From NCBI RefSeq assembly GCF_009914755.1, contig NC_060925.1: 64,000 nucleotides of DNA, one strand, 5' to 3'. The notes beneath the pieces are model-generated. The model was not told where the DNA came from. It made no database searches and worked only from the letters and a program-made list of their open reading frames with translations. Position 1 is the stretch's first letter. Every line of letters begins with the position of its first letter. Positions 54,359 through 64,000 of this stretch are shown here, one piece after another. This DNA is from the human T2T-CHM13v2.0 reference genome, Homo sapiens. The translations under genes were made by a program, and so were the position numbers.

Positions 54359-55962
54359 CTAAAGGGAAAAAATGTAAATCTCTGGAAAAATGTGTTTTCT
54401 TTGAGCGCTGAGAATTATAATTAAATGCATTTAAACATAATTCCTGCTCATGGGACCACCTCCCTGGACATCCCTTTGGGGCAGATGCAAGGTGTCTTGT
54501 AGATAGCCTCTGCCCTTTGGCATGGCTTCTTCATCCTCTTGGCACTCGAGCTGGACTCTGATCTTTAAAGATCGCCACGTAGGTCCAGAATCCTAAATCT
54601 ATCATTGGCTTTTTTTGTGCCTCAGTTTCTCGTTATGTATAATTATATCTTTCTACCCAGGGGTGTCACTGATACTTACTGTTAGTAAAGTAATTGGTGC
54701 TTATTGGCAGGTACAAGATCAAGAAAAGTTACTAGTCTATTTTCTTTGTTTATTGTTTTTTTCACACTATGGTACTAGTACTAAGACTAGCTTTACTGTA
54801 ACATTTGAAACATTAGAGATTTAAGACCATATATAGAAAGAAGATCATCTATAGATATAAAGCATTCTTTTTGGTGATTATTAGTAATTAGGGCACATGG
54901 TCAATCATAAACAGTCAATGTGAAATAATAGACTTTATTTTTACCATGGTCATTTTAAGAATCTGCATTCTTACTGAATCTTAAAGGCATATGGCCTAGT
55001 CTAGGCTATTTATTATCTTCACGGGAGAATTCCTTTCCATGGGATGAGAATGCAATAGTGACTGCCACCAATGCTAATTTTAGCTCAACTCTGAATAACT
55101 TGAGTTCATACACCATAGTTGGAAAGGGTAATTAATGAACCATCAAGAAACAAAGGTTATATAGCTTCCTTTTCCTTTTTCACACGTCAGAACAATTTTT
55201 CTTGAAGTCAGATTCCAGAGCTGGGTACAGACATAGGATTAACCGAGTTTGTAAGAGGTGGATGTTTTTATCTTTACTGTTGTTTGCTGTACTGAACTTC
55301 CTGGGTTTTGTATATTGACTCAGCAACTCTGATTTCCTCGTTAGTGCTACTCCACATCTGCTCTAAAATTGTATTCTCTGTTTTCAGGGCTGAATTAAAC
55401 TCTAAGAAGGCCTTTTCCCATTGGAGAATAAAGAGGGATTGATTAATTCTTAGACATCTTTATTGTCACCTTAGGGCTTCAGAGCCTCCTCCCACTTCAG
55501 TAATTGCTCTAGGGTTTGCCCACAGAAAAAGTAAATTAAAACAAGCGTCACTTCTTGTTTTCTACCTGTGAGGTTTTGTTTGTGATGACGGGAAAAGGCA
55601 GAATGAGCAAATGGAAAATATATGCATATAAATAAAGGTGCAATAGCTGGACTTAATCCTGGTTTGTCAAAGGGGTCCTGCTCTGGAGGTATTTCAAAAT
55701 CTGGTAGAAGTTGCCATGCAGAGATCTGAGAGTAAACATGGATAACATTTCAGGAAGAGGACTACTATAAAATTTGGTGGAAACAAAACACAGAAACACA
55801 ATGTATGAACTTCAGATAATATTGCTTCTTCCTGGGTTGAAGATTTCCCTCTCTTTTTCGAAGTGGAAGTAATTCTGCTTCTTTAAGATTATGAAAGTAA
55901 TGCATAGCCATTGTGAAAATATTAGAAAATACAGAAAAAATAAAAAGAAGAAAAATAGAAAA

Positions 55963-56412
55963 CATACTTTCTTCATTTGTTTTATGCTGCTATAACAGAA
56001 TACCACTGACTAGGTAAATTATAATCACCCAAAATTTATTGGCTTACTGGGAAGCCAGTTCTGGACTGTGAAGTTTAAGGTTTGAGGGGCCTGCATCTGG
56101 CAAGGTCTCTACTGCTGTGTCACACATGGCAGAAGGCATCATATGGCCTAAAGTCAAAAGAGAAAGAGAGAGAGAGACAGAGACAGAGATACAAAGAGAG
56201 AGAGAAAGAGAGAGAATGCGTGCATAAGAGAAGGCTGAATGAATTCAGTCTTGTATAAGAAATCCACTCCAGTGATAACAGCATTAATCTATTCATGAGA
56301 GCAGAGCTCTCATAACCTAATCACCTCTCATTAGGTCCCACTTCCCAACACTGTTGCACTGGGGATTAAGTTTCCAAATACATGCTTACTGGGGACACAT
56401 TCAAATCATATC
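55963..56412 (-). mobile_element. MSTC/D MaLR LTR with internal (GA)n
   Basis: 'tgctgctataacagaataccac', 'gcattaatctattcatgagagcagagctctcataacctaatcacctc', 'ggggattaagtttccaa', 'gggacacattcaaatcata'. Confidence 0.88.
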
Positions 56413-56455
56413 CCCTACTAGCCATGTTTGAATGAATATCTGCTTTAAAGAGAAA

Positions 56456-56645
56456 TTATTATTATTACTGAGACAAGATCTCGCCCAGGCTGGAATGTAG
56501 TGGTGCAATCATAGCTCACTGAAGCATCATTGAACTCCTGGGCTCAAGGGGTTCTACTATGTTGCCCAGGCTGGTCTCCAACTCCTGGCTTCAAGTGATC
56601 CTCTCACCTCAGCCTCCCAAGCCTCTGGGATTAGAGGCACCCAGC
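56456..56645 (-). mobile_element. Internally deleted AluJ
   Basis: Right-arm start joined directly to left-arm 'ctatgttgcccaggctggtctccaactcctggcttcaagtgatcct'. Confidence 0.8.
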
Positions 56646-56774
56646 TATAGCTACTTTTTTTCAACTTTCTTCTTTTGAATTATCTTCTTAGATGTGCCAC
56701 TGCTCTCCTCAACTAAATAGAAAGTCCCAGACCTGGAGGGCCAGGGCCATGATGCATTTCTTTATGGATTTGTT

Positions 56775-57030
56775 AGTAATCATAGCTGACTTTATTGAGC
56801 ATTTGCTATTTGACAGGCCTTATTCTGGGCATTTAACAAGCATGAGCTCATTTAATTCTGCCAACAACACTAAGGGGTGAACATTAATATTATATCTGTA
56901 TATAGATGAGGAAACTGAGGCTCAAAGAAATCAAGTAAGTTATTCTGTGACTGACAGTTCTTAAGTGACAGGGTAACAATTCACACAGCCTGACTTAAGA
57001 GCCTGTGAGCTTAACCGTTACACTACTGCC
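56775..57030 (-). mobile_element. MIRb SINE
   Basis: 'tttattgagcatttgcta...agatgaggaaactgaggctcaaaga'. Confidence 0.85.
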
Positions 57031-58612
57031 CTCTGTGTTAAGGCTACAATAAAAAGCATTAATTACGATCTGATTTTATAAATACATGAAGGCAGATGAA
57101 CAAGGATCAAAACTTAAGTCTTATTTTCCCATAGGACTATGTAGAGCACAGGAGTCTTAATTTTTATTTATTTGGTCTAAGCTCTACTAAGATTCCTTTC
57201 CTTCTCCAGGTTAAAAGGCCACTGCATCAACAGTAAAGGTATGATTTAAGTCACAGCTTCCCTGGTTATGCGGAGGACACAGGATTTAGCCTTGTACGTT
57301 GGTAATGTTTGCAAACAGTACAATATTGATTTTGGCTACAGCAATGAGAACACGAACAGTTACACATTATGTGCCCTTTCTGCTCAAATGAGAGCAAAGC
57401 CTTAATCAGGTCCAGACATTTAGAATCTTATATTAAAGAGAGATATATAGATATGAATCCAATAGATGCTTGCGTCTGTCATTTTACTTTAATTGTAATT
57501 TTGCAACCTCAACAACAGAAGATCCATTAGGCTTTCCCCCTCAATCAATACACAATATATTATCAGTCTAGACGACCAAAAATGACTTGTATAAAATATC
57601 AGCACGTTGCATTTTCATTATGTAAATGGAACTCTGCAGGAGAATTAATTGATTATTCAGTTACTATGGATCTGTCTCAGATGTCTTAGTGAGATAAGAG
57701 AGAAACTTATCAAGCCTCTCCAGTGGCTATAACTTAAAAAAGAACAAGGGGAAAAAAAAGAGAGAGAGAGAGAGAGTGAGAGAAGCAAACACAGAGTACA
57801 TTTCACTTTCATTGGCAGCCTGAGCAAAACCTAGGAAATGCTGAGAGAGAGAAGAAATCCATTACCAAGTTTATTAGTGATGGAATGTCGAGAGTTATTA
57901 GGCTGGTTACTGTTTGGGGATCAACATTTTAAAAAACCACACAAACAAAACTGGGATATAGGCAGTGAGAGTCCTCTAGTTTTCTCCCCAGACTCTCAGT
58001 GCCCGAAGTAATTCATACCTAGGCCATATATAATTACAGCAGATTGTTTAAGTAATATACAGATCTATTTCTTTTTTCTTGCATGGGTGGAGGCTGGGGA
58101 ATGAGGGAGAGATTTTATTTTTATCTTCATGACAGAATGAAGAAGAGGTATGCGAGGAGAAGACAAGTGGTTTCTACTGTCTCCCTCCCTTTTTAAGCAT
58201 TAAAAAAAAAAAGCAAATGTTTCCATTGCTACTGCAGAAGTGTATTTCAGTTTGATGTAAATTGATGCCTTTGTTGTTTCATTTTTAAGAAACATTCAAC
58301 AACCATATACATTAGGATCTCCCTTTGGTAGCATCGAGTCTGTACTGTCCTTATTCAGTGACACTGCTCTTGCCCAGAAGAGTTTTGGGATCTCTTTGGG
58401 GAAATTCCCTACAGAACATTTTGAGCACATTGTTTAGAGTTGTTTCCGTGGTCTTAAACATCAATCTGTTGAGGGGTATATTTAATTTTTTCAAATAGTC
58501 AAAATTCTTAACACACTGAGGTGAAAAGAGGATTGTTAAGATAGGGTAATATTTCTCTGGCTCAAAATGAGGTTTTGAAAAGCAACAAAAATGCCTGGTA
58601 ATAAAATAATAC

Positions 58613-58728
58613 CATTTTTTTGTGTGTGTTCAAAACTGAAGGCAAGTTTCAAAATATTGGAAACAATGACAGCATTGAGGAAGAATATATAATGATTCCT
58701 AAAGGTATCATTCTGGAAAACAGTCATC
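58613..58728 (-). pseudogene. Putative fossil exon (116 nt) carrying RGS helices 2-4
   Basis: ACCAG|G ATG ACT...AAT G|GTATTA; stop-free; V-x-x-N...Y-x-x-F-L-x8-L-x6-E spacing equals the RGS 'F..FL........L......E' pattern; lies inside supplied ORF 58536-58769. Confidence 0.45.
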
Positions 58729-58895
58729 CTGGTTGTATTAAATATGACATTTAATACCAACCAAGCCAAATCAAGCCAAACAGCCTTAATACTTTATACT
58801 TTGTGTGTAAGCCAGGTTTTGCTGGTAAGAGCCTGGATGCTTAGCCTGGGAACAAAACATGGTGTATAACTGACTTTTGCAAGGGATTTCAATGT

Positions 58896-59388
58896 TGTGC
58901 TAGTTTTTCATTGCTGTTGTGACAGATTACCACAAACTTAGTGGCATAAAACAACACAAATGCTTTATCTTACTGATCTGTAAGTCTGATCAGAAGTCTG
59001 ACAAGGTTGTGCTGAAATCACAGTGTTGGTGGAAGTATTCCTTCTGGAGGCTCTAGGGGACAATCCATTTTTTTCTTATTTCCAGCCTCTGAAGGCTGCC
59101 TACATCCCTTGACTGTGGCCCCTTCCAACTTTAAAGCCAAAGTCAGTGGTGGCCCGTTGAGTTTTTTTCACACTGGATGCAGTGGACTCTAACATTGACT
59201 CTTATGACACGTTCCCATTTTAAGGATCATTGTGTTGACCTTGTGTTCACACAAATAACCTAGGAGAATCTCCCTGTCTTAAAATCAGTGGCTTAGCAAC
59301 CTTAATCCTCATTTGCGATACAATATATTCACAGGTTCTGGGTATTAGGATGTGGACATCTTGGAGGGCCATTATTTAGCCTGTCACA
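58896..59388 (-). mobile_element. MLT1D MaLR solo LTR
   Basis: 'ttaccacaaacttagtggcataaaacaacacaaat', 'ccttctggaggctctagggga', 'caggttctgggtattaggatgtggacatctt'; TSD (A/G)ATGT at 58891-58895 and 59389-59393. Confidence 0.9.
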
Positions 59389-59584
59389 GATGTGGAACGA
59401 GCATTATTCTTATTCCTTTGAGATAACGTCTATTAAGTGCTTAGCTGCTTTTGGACCTATGGTGAGTATTAAACAAGGAGTACTTGACATGTTGATGTTC
59501 TGACTATTAGTATTAGTATTAGTATTAGTATTAGTCATTCTTCCCCTTATTTCTTATTAAAATCAGAGTAAAATTCCAATGAGT

Positions 59585-59778
59585 AAGGAGTTTTTCAGCT
59601 ACATATGAAGAAACATTAGTCATGAGAACTGTCCAAAGCTATCAATAGCTACCACATAAGATGTCCCTGTCACTGAGATGAGATTATGTCCTCCCAGGCT
59701 GGATAATGGCTTGGGGAGACACTGTAGAGAGAATGCTCACATCTGAGCTGATGGTCCTTCTACTCCTGAGGTTCCATC
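59585..59778 (+). mobile_element. L3/CR1 3' end
   Basis: 'ttcagctacatatgaagaaac...gaactgtccaa...tccctgtcactg...aggctggataa...ggtccttctactcctgaggttccat'. Confidence 0.6.
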
Positions 59779-61335
59779 CTTTGTTGCCTCTGCAGAACTC
59801 CACAAAAACCGTAAGGTCCAACAACCTTTCTATTTTCTCCTAAGTTTTCCTTCTACTTTTCTCAGGAGTAGTCCTCACCCCTGACCAACACTGATATGCA
59901 CCTTCATATGACATGTTGAAGGCAAAAATGACAAGCAGGTTTACCTTTGCTTTGGAAATGAATTTGCCTATTGTGCATGTTGGGCGTCAGCAACAAGAAT
60001 TGCTGGGAATGGTAAGGAGAAAGTGCCAGGATCCGATGTTATGGATGTCAAATGCACTTCCCTGTGCTCCCCTCCCACCAGGATTCAATCTTACATTGGA
60101 ACAAAAACCCAGAAAAATCCAGATGGTAGGTGGCATTTAAATCAGTTAGATGGATTGAGCTTTGTCTTTCTAATGAATGAGAATCATGAGACAGAATTTG
60201 CCATTTCTCACTGCTATCCACTTACCCAACCCCTTCCCAAGCTTCGGGGGCAGGGGACTTTCAAGTGCTATGGATACTCTTACAGACCAGATTAGGAGTC
60301 TAAGGCTTATTACTGGACTTAACTTCTGATGAAACATCATAAGTCAAACTGTAATAGAAGCTGTCCTGCATTGATGCAACAGGGGCCGGGGATTGTTTAT
60401 AGTGGAGACCCCCACAGATATCCAGAATGATTCCCATCACAGTGGATAATAGGATTACTGACAGCATTATCTAAGTCCAATTACTCCTGAAAGGTGGATA
60501 TGTGGAAATATCCTATCTCCGAGAAATTTTCCTTCAGCCTTTAAAGGTGATCAAATCCTTCCCATCTAATAATATAAAAACTGAGCAATATCTCTTTTGA
60601 TTTGGCTACTCTATCCAAGCATAGTCTATTTTCTTCTTTTTTTCCCAAACAAAATGAAACTTAAGAAAAAAGTTTCCAAAACATTGTCTACATTCTCTGT
60701 GTTCATATTCTCTCCTCCTACTCACTTCTCTACCCAATCCAAATGAGTTTCTTTCCTATCTCTTTACTAAAATGACTCTTGATTTACTTCTGATCTTTGT
60801 TTCAAGATCTCTCTTAGAGAAGCCATGTAATCTCCAGATTTAGTCATCTGTGTATACGGAAAACTTTGCATATATACACTATCGTGATTAATTACTCTTA
60901 ACATATTGGGTTAATTTTGCCCATAGAAAGTATTCAATAAGTACCAGATTAATAAATGTATGTATATTTGTTGCCAGCTAAAATCCTTCCCACTGTTCAT
61001 CCACTGCTATGGCTATACATAAAGCTGTTGCCTGAAGAGTTTAATTTTTGTTGAGTTTCAGAAGGCAAAAAATAATGATGATGAAGTAATCTAGGGGAGT
61101 AGAGCTGGCTATATATTGAAATCTTAACTGAAGGTATGGACTTATATAATTGACTGTATATCATCCTGACTGACATCTTCTTGGACCAATTGAGACAATT
61201 CTATGCCTTGTGAAATTGGCTGAGGCAGTCAGCTTGATTGATCCAGTATAGTCAGGAGCTTTACTGGAAGCAACAACCCACTGTAGTGCTGGTGCAGCGT
61301 AATTGTATAGCTACAGTTTTTCTGTTGGTATAGAG

Positions 61336-61635
61336 CAGTGTTTCCTTCCTTCCTTCCTTCCTTCCTTCCTTCCTTCCTTCCTTCCTTCCTTCCTTCCTTC
61401 CTTCATTCCGTCCTTCCTGTCACACTAAGAAATACAATTTCTATTACAATGCACACATTTATACACATATAACTGAAGATAGAGTGCCATAAAACAAAAT
61501 TTATCCTTATTACATTAGACACATTCTGATATTTGCTATTGCATTCTATGTCACTTTTTTAAATACTCATTGTGATCAACTGATTTGATTTTATGAACTA
61601 TTGATGAGTTTTGACCTGTACTTTGCAAAAGACTG
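61336..61635 (-). mobile_element. Charlie18a-like hAT MITE with a (TTCC)n expansion at 61341-61417
   Basis: CAGTGTTT...AAAAGACTG termini; 'taagaaatacaattt', 'atataactgaa', 'gatttgattttatgaacta...tgacctgtactttgcaaaagactg'. Confidence 0.65.
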
Positions 61636-61668
61636 ACTTAGACAAAGTCCACTTATTCCAGCCCCTGG

Positions 61669-62625
61669 GTTTATTGAGGTATAATTGGTAGAAAAAAATT
61701 GTAAAAATTTAAGGTGTATAGTATGATAATTTGATATACATACATTGTGAAGTGACTGGCACTCAAGTTAATTAACACATCCACCACCTCATATAGTTAG
61801 TATTTGTGTGTGTGTATGTATGTATGTATGACAGCATTTAATATCTATTTTCTTATTAAATTTCAAGTATACGAAAGTATTAACCATAGTCACTATACTG
61901 TATATTACAATCCCATAACTTATTCATTTTAACTAAATGTTTGTACATTTTGACCAACATCTCTCGATTCCCCCACCCAGCTGCTCAGTCACCATTCCAC
62001 CTTCTGCTTCTGTAAATTTGACTTTTTTAGATCCATATAAAAATGAGATCAGATAGTATTTGTCTTTTTTGTCTGATTTATTTTGCTTAGTATAATGCTG
62101 TCAAGGTTCAAACATGTTGTTGCAAGTGGCAGGATTTCCATCTTTTTAAGGATAAATAATATTTCATTGTATATACATACTACATTTTTAAATGAATTCA
62201 TCTGTCAGTGGACACTTCGTTGTTTCCATGGCTTGGCTATGTAAAGCTGTAACAAACATGGGAGAAAAGATATCTAAGATCTTGATTTTGTTTCCTTTAG
62301 GTATATAACCAGACATGGGATTGTTTGGTCATTAGGTAGCTCACTTTTTTTGTTTGTTTTTGAGGGAGCTCCATACTGTTTTCCATGATTATTGTACCAA
62401 CTTACATCCCCACCAACAGTTCACAAAAGGTCCCTTTTCTCTACATCCTCACAAACACTTAATCTCTTCTCTTTTTGATAATAGCCATCCTAATAGGTGT
62501 CATGTAGTATCCCATTGTGGCTTTAATTTGTGTTTCTCTGATGATTACTGATGTTAAGCACCTTTTAATGTACCTATTGTCCATTTGTATGCCTTCCCTG
62601 GAAAAATGTCTACTCAGGTCCTTTG
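61669..62625 (-). mobile_element. L1MA9/10-like 3' region (HERV-H integration target)
   Basis: 'tttattgaggtataattg...tttaaggtgtatagtatga...ccatactgttttccat...acatccccaccaacagt...gaaaaatgtctactcaggtcctttg' breaks abruptly at the LTR. Confidence 0.88.
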
Positions 62626-63024
62626 TGTCAGGCCCCCGAGCCCATGCTAAGCCATCATATCCCCTGCGACCTGCAGGTATACATCCAGGTGGCCTGAAGT
62701 AATTGAAGAATCACAAAAGAAGTGAAAATGGCCTGTTCCTGCCTTAACTGATGACATTACCTTGTGAAATTCCTTCTCCTGGCTCATCCTGGCTCAAAAG
62801 CTCCCCCACTGAGCACCTTGTGTCCCCTGCCCCTGCCAGCCAGAGAACAACCCCCTTTGACTATAATTTTCCACTACCTACCCAAATCCTATAAAACGGC
62901 CCCACCCCTATATCCCTTCACTGACTCTCTTTTCGGACTCAGCCCACCTGCACCCAGGTGATTAAAAAGCTTTATTGCTCACACAAAGCCTGTTGGTGGT
63001 CTCTTCACACAGACATGTGTGAAA
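62626..63024 (+). mobile_element. LTR7 (type I) 5' LTR of a HERV-H provirus
   Basis: TGTCAGGCC start; 'cacaaaagaagtgaaaatggcctgttcctgccttaactgatgacatt'; TATAAAA at 62890-62896; ATTAAA at 62961-62966; ends 'gtgtgaaa'. Confidence 0.97.
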
Positions 63025-64000
63025 TTTGGTGCCGTGACTCAGATCGGGGGACCTCCCTTGAGAGATCAATCCCCTGTCCTCCTGCTCTTTGCTCTGTGAG
63101 AAAGATCCACCTACAACCTCTGGTCCTCAGACCAATCAGCCCAAGAAACATCTCACCAATTTTAAATTGGGTAAGCGGCCGCTTTTTACTGTCTTCTCCA
63201 AGCTCTCACTATCCCTCAACCTCTTTCTCCTTTCAACCTTGGCGCCACACTTCAATCTCTCCCTTCTCTTAATTTCAGTTCCTTTCCTTTTCTGGTAGAG
63301 ACAAAGGAGACACATTTTATCCGTGGACTCAAAACTCTGGTGCTGGTCACGGACTCATGAAGACAGTCTTCCCTTGGTGTTTAATTATTGCGGGGACGCC
63401 TGCTTTGGCTGCTCACCCATATTGCAGCGCAGGGCTGCTCACCCAACCCCTTCTCTCTGTGTCTCTACCCCTTTTCCACTTTCCCGGGGGGCAAGCACCT
63501 CCCACCCCTTCTCCACTTTCCTGGGGGGCAAGCACCCCTCACCCCTTCTCTCCATATCTCTACCCTCTCTTTTCTCTGGACTGGCCTCCTTCTCTACAGG
63601 CAACCTTCCACCTTCTTCTCCCTTAGCCTGTGTTCTCAAGAACTGAAAACCTCTTCAACTCACACTTGACCTAAAACCTAAATGCCTTATTTTCTTCTGC
63701 AATGCTGCTTAACCCCAATACAAACTCGACAATGGTTCCAAATAGCCAGAAAACAGCACTTTCGATTTTTCCATCCTACAAGATCTAGATAATTCTTGTC
63801 ATAAAATGGGCAAATGGTCTGAGGTGCCTGATGTCCAGGCATTCTTTTACACATCAGTCCCTCCCTAGTCTCTGTTCCCAATGCAACTCATCCCAAATCT
63901 TCCTTCTTTCCCTCCCACCTGTCCCCTCAGTCCCAACCCCAAGTGTTGCTGAGTCTTTCCAATCTTCCTTTTTTACAGACCCATCTGACCTCTCCCCTCC
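63025..64000 (+). mobile_element. HERV-H internal region: leader, splice donor, pre-gag and degenerate gag (continues past the window)
   Basis: C-rich HERV-H leader; donor TGG|GTAAGC at 63170/63171; 'ggcaaccttccacct' (GNLPP) with the ATG replaced by ACA at 63596-63598; 'aaaatgggcaaatggtctgaggtgcctgatgtccaggcattc'. Confidence 0.95.
63027..63044 (+). promoter_or_regulatory. tRNA-His primer binding site
   Basis: TGGTGCCGTGACTCAGAT (one mismatch to TGGTGCCGTGACTCGGAT) immediately after the LTR. Confidence 0.95.

Larger units (their letters stand above)
53395..60486 (-). pseudogene. Candidate decayed multi-exon gene encoding an RGS-box (RGS22/RGSL1-like) protein
   Basis: Non-repeat islands bounded by minus-strand AG/GT: about 60486-60324, about 60090-59945, 58728-58613, 58408-58311, 57335-about 57188, 55725-55566, about 55420-55244 and 54358-about 53400. 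The spliced frame gives ...FPKQR|MTVFQNDTFRNHYIFFLNAVIVSNILKLAFSFEHTQKN|GNFPKEIPKLFWARAVSLNKDSTDSMLPKGDPN|PKSILYCLQTLPTYKAKSCVLRITREAVT*IIPLLL; scattered stops and two acceptors read AA. Confidence 0.45.

Noticed and set aside
54460-54592. Open minus-strand frame DSGPTWRSLKIRVQLECQEDEEAMPKGRGYLQDTLHLPQRDVQG as an extra exon
   Set aside because: Its acceptor lacks a pyrimidine tract and overlaps a probable MIR edge, and the donor is weak; left out of the model pending alignment.
63027-63044. tRNA-like sequence
   Set aside because: Only the 18-nt PBS complementary to tRNA-His, not a tRNA gene.
62764-63881. Multiple overlapping ORFs in HERV-H
   Set aside because: The C-rich leader is stop-poor; the gag initiation codon is mutated and the frame is interrupted.

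Overview
Human/great-ape genomic DNA: AT-rich, CpG-depleted, and roughly 55-65% interspersed repeats by eye. Repeats include Alu J/S/Y, a full-length SVA with an unusually short VNTR, L1PA/L1MA/L1MD/L1ME, L2, MIR, L3, MaLR/ERVL/ERV1 solo LTRs, Tigger/Charlie/hAT fossils, and the 5' end of a HERV-H provirus (LTR7, tRNA-His PBS, leader, degenerate gag) that runs off the right edge. I find no intact protein-coding gene, RNA gene, CpG island or CRISPR array; nearly all supplied ORFs lie in repeats. The main non-repeat signal is a chain of minus-strand exon-like islands at about 53.4-60.5 kb. Spliced at GT/AG sites, they give a partly open frame whose residue spacing fits an RGS (regulator of G-protein signalling) box of the RGS22/RGSL1 type, so this is a candidate decayed multi-exon (unitary) pseudogene. 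Other notable items are a hAT-Tip100-type transposase fossil, a young quasi-palindromic 39-bp VNTR, three exact NRF2/Maf TGACTCAGCA motifs, nested insertions with TSDs and an old local duplication. Repeat subfamily names come from remembered consensus sequences, not from a search, and the boundaries of old repeats are approximate.
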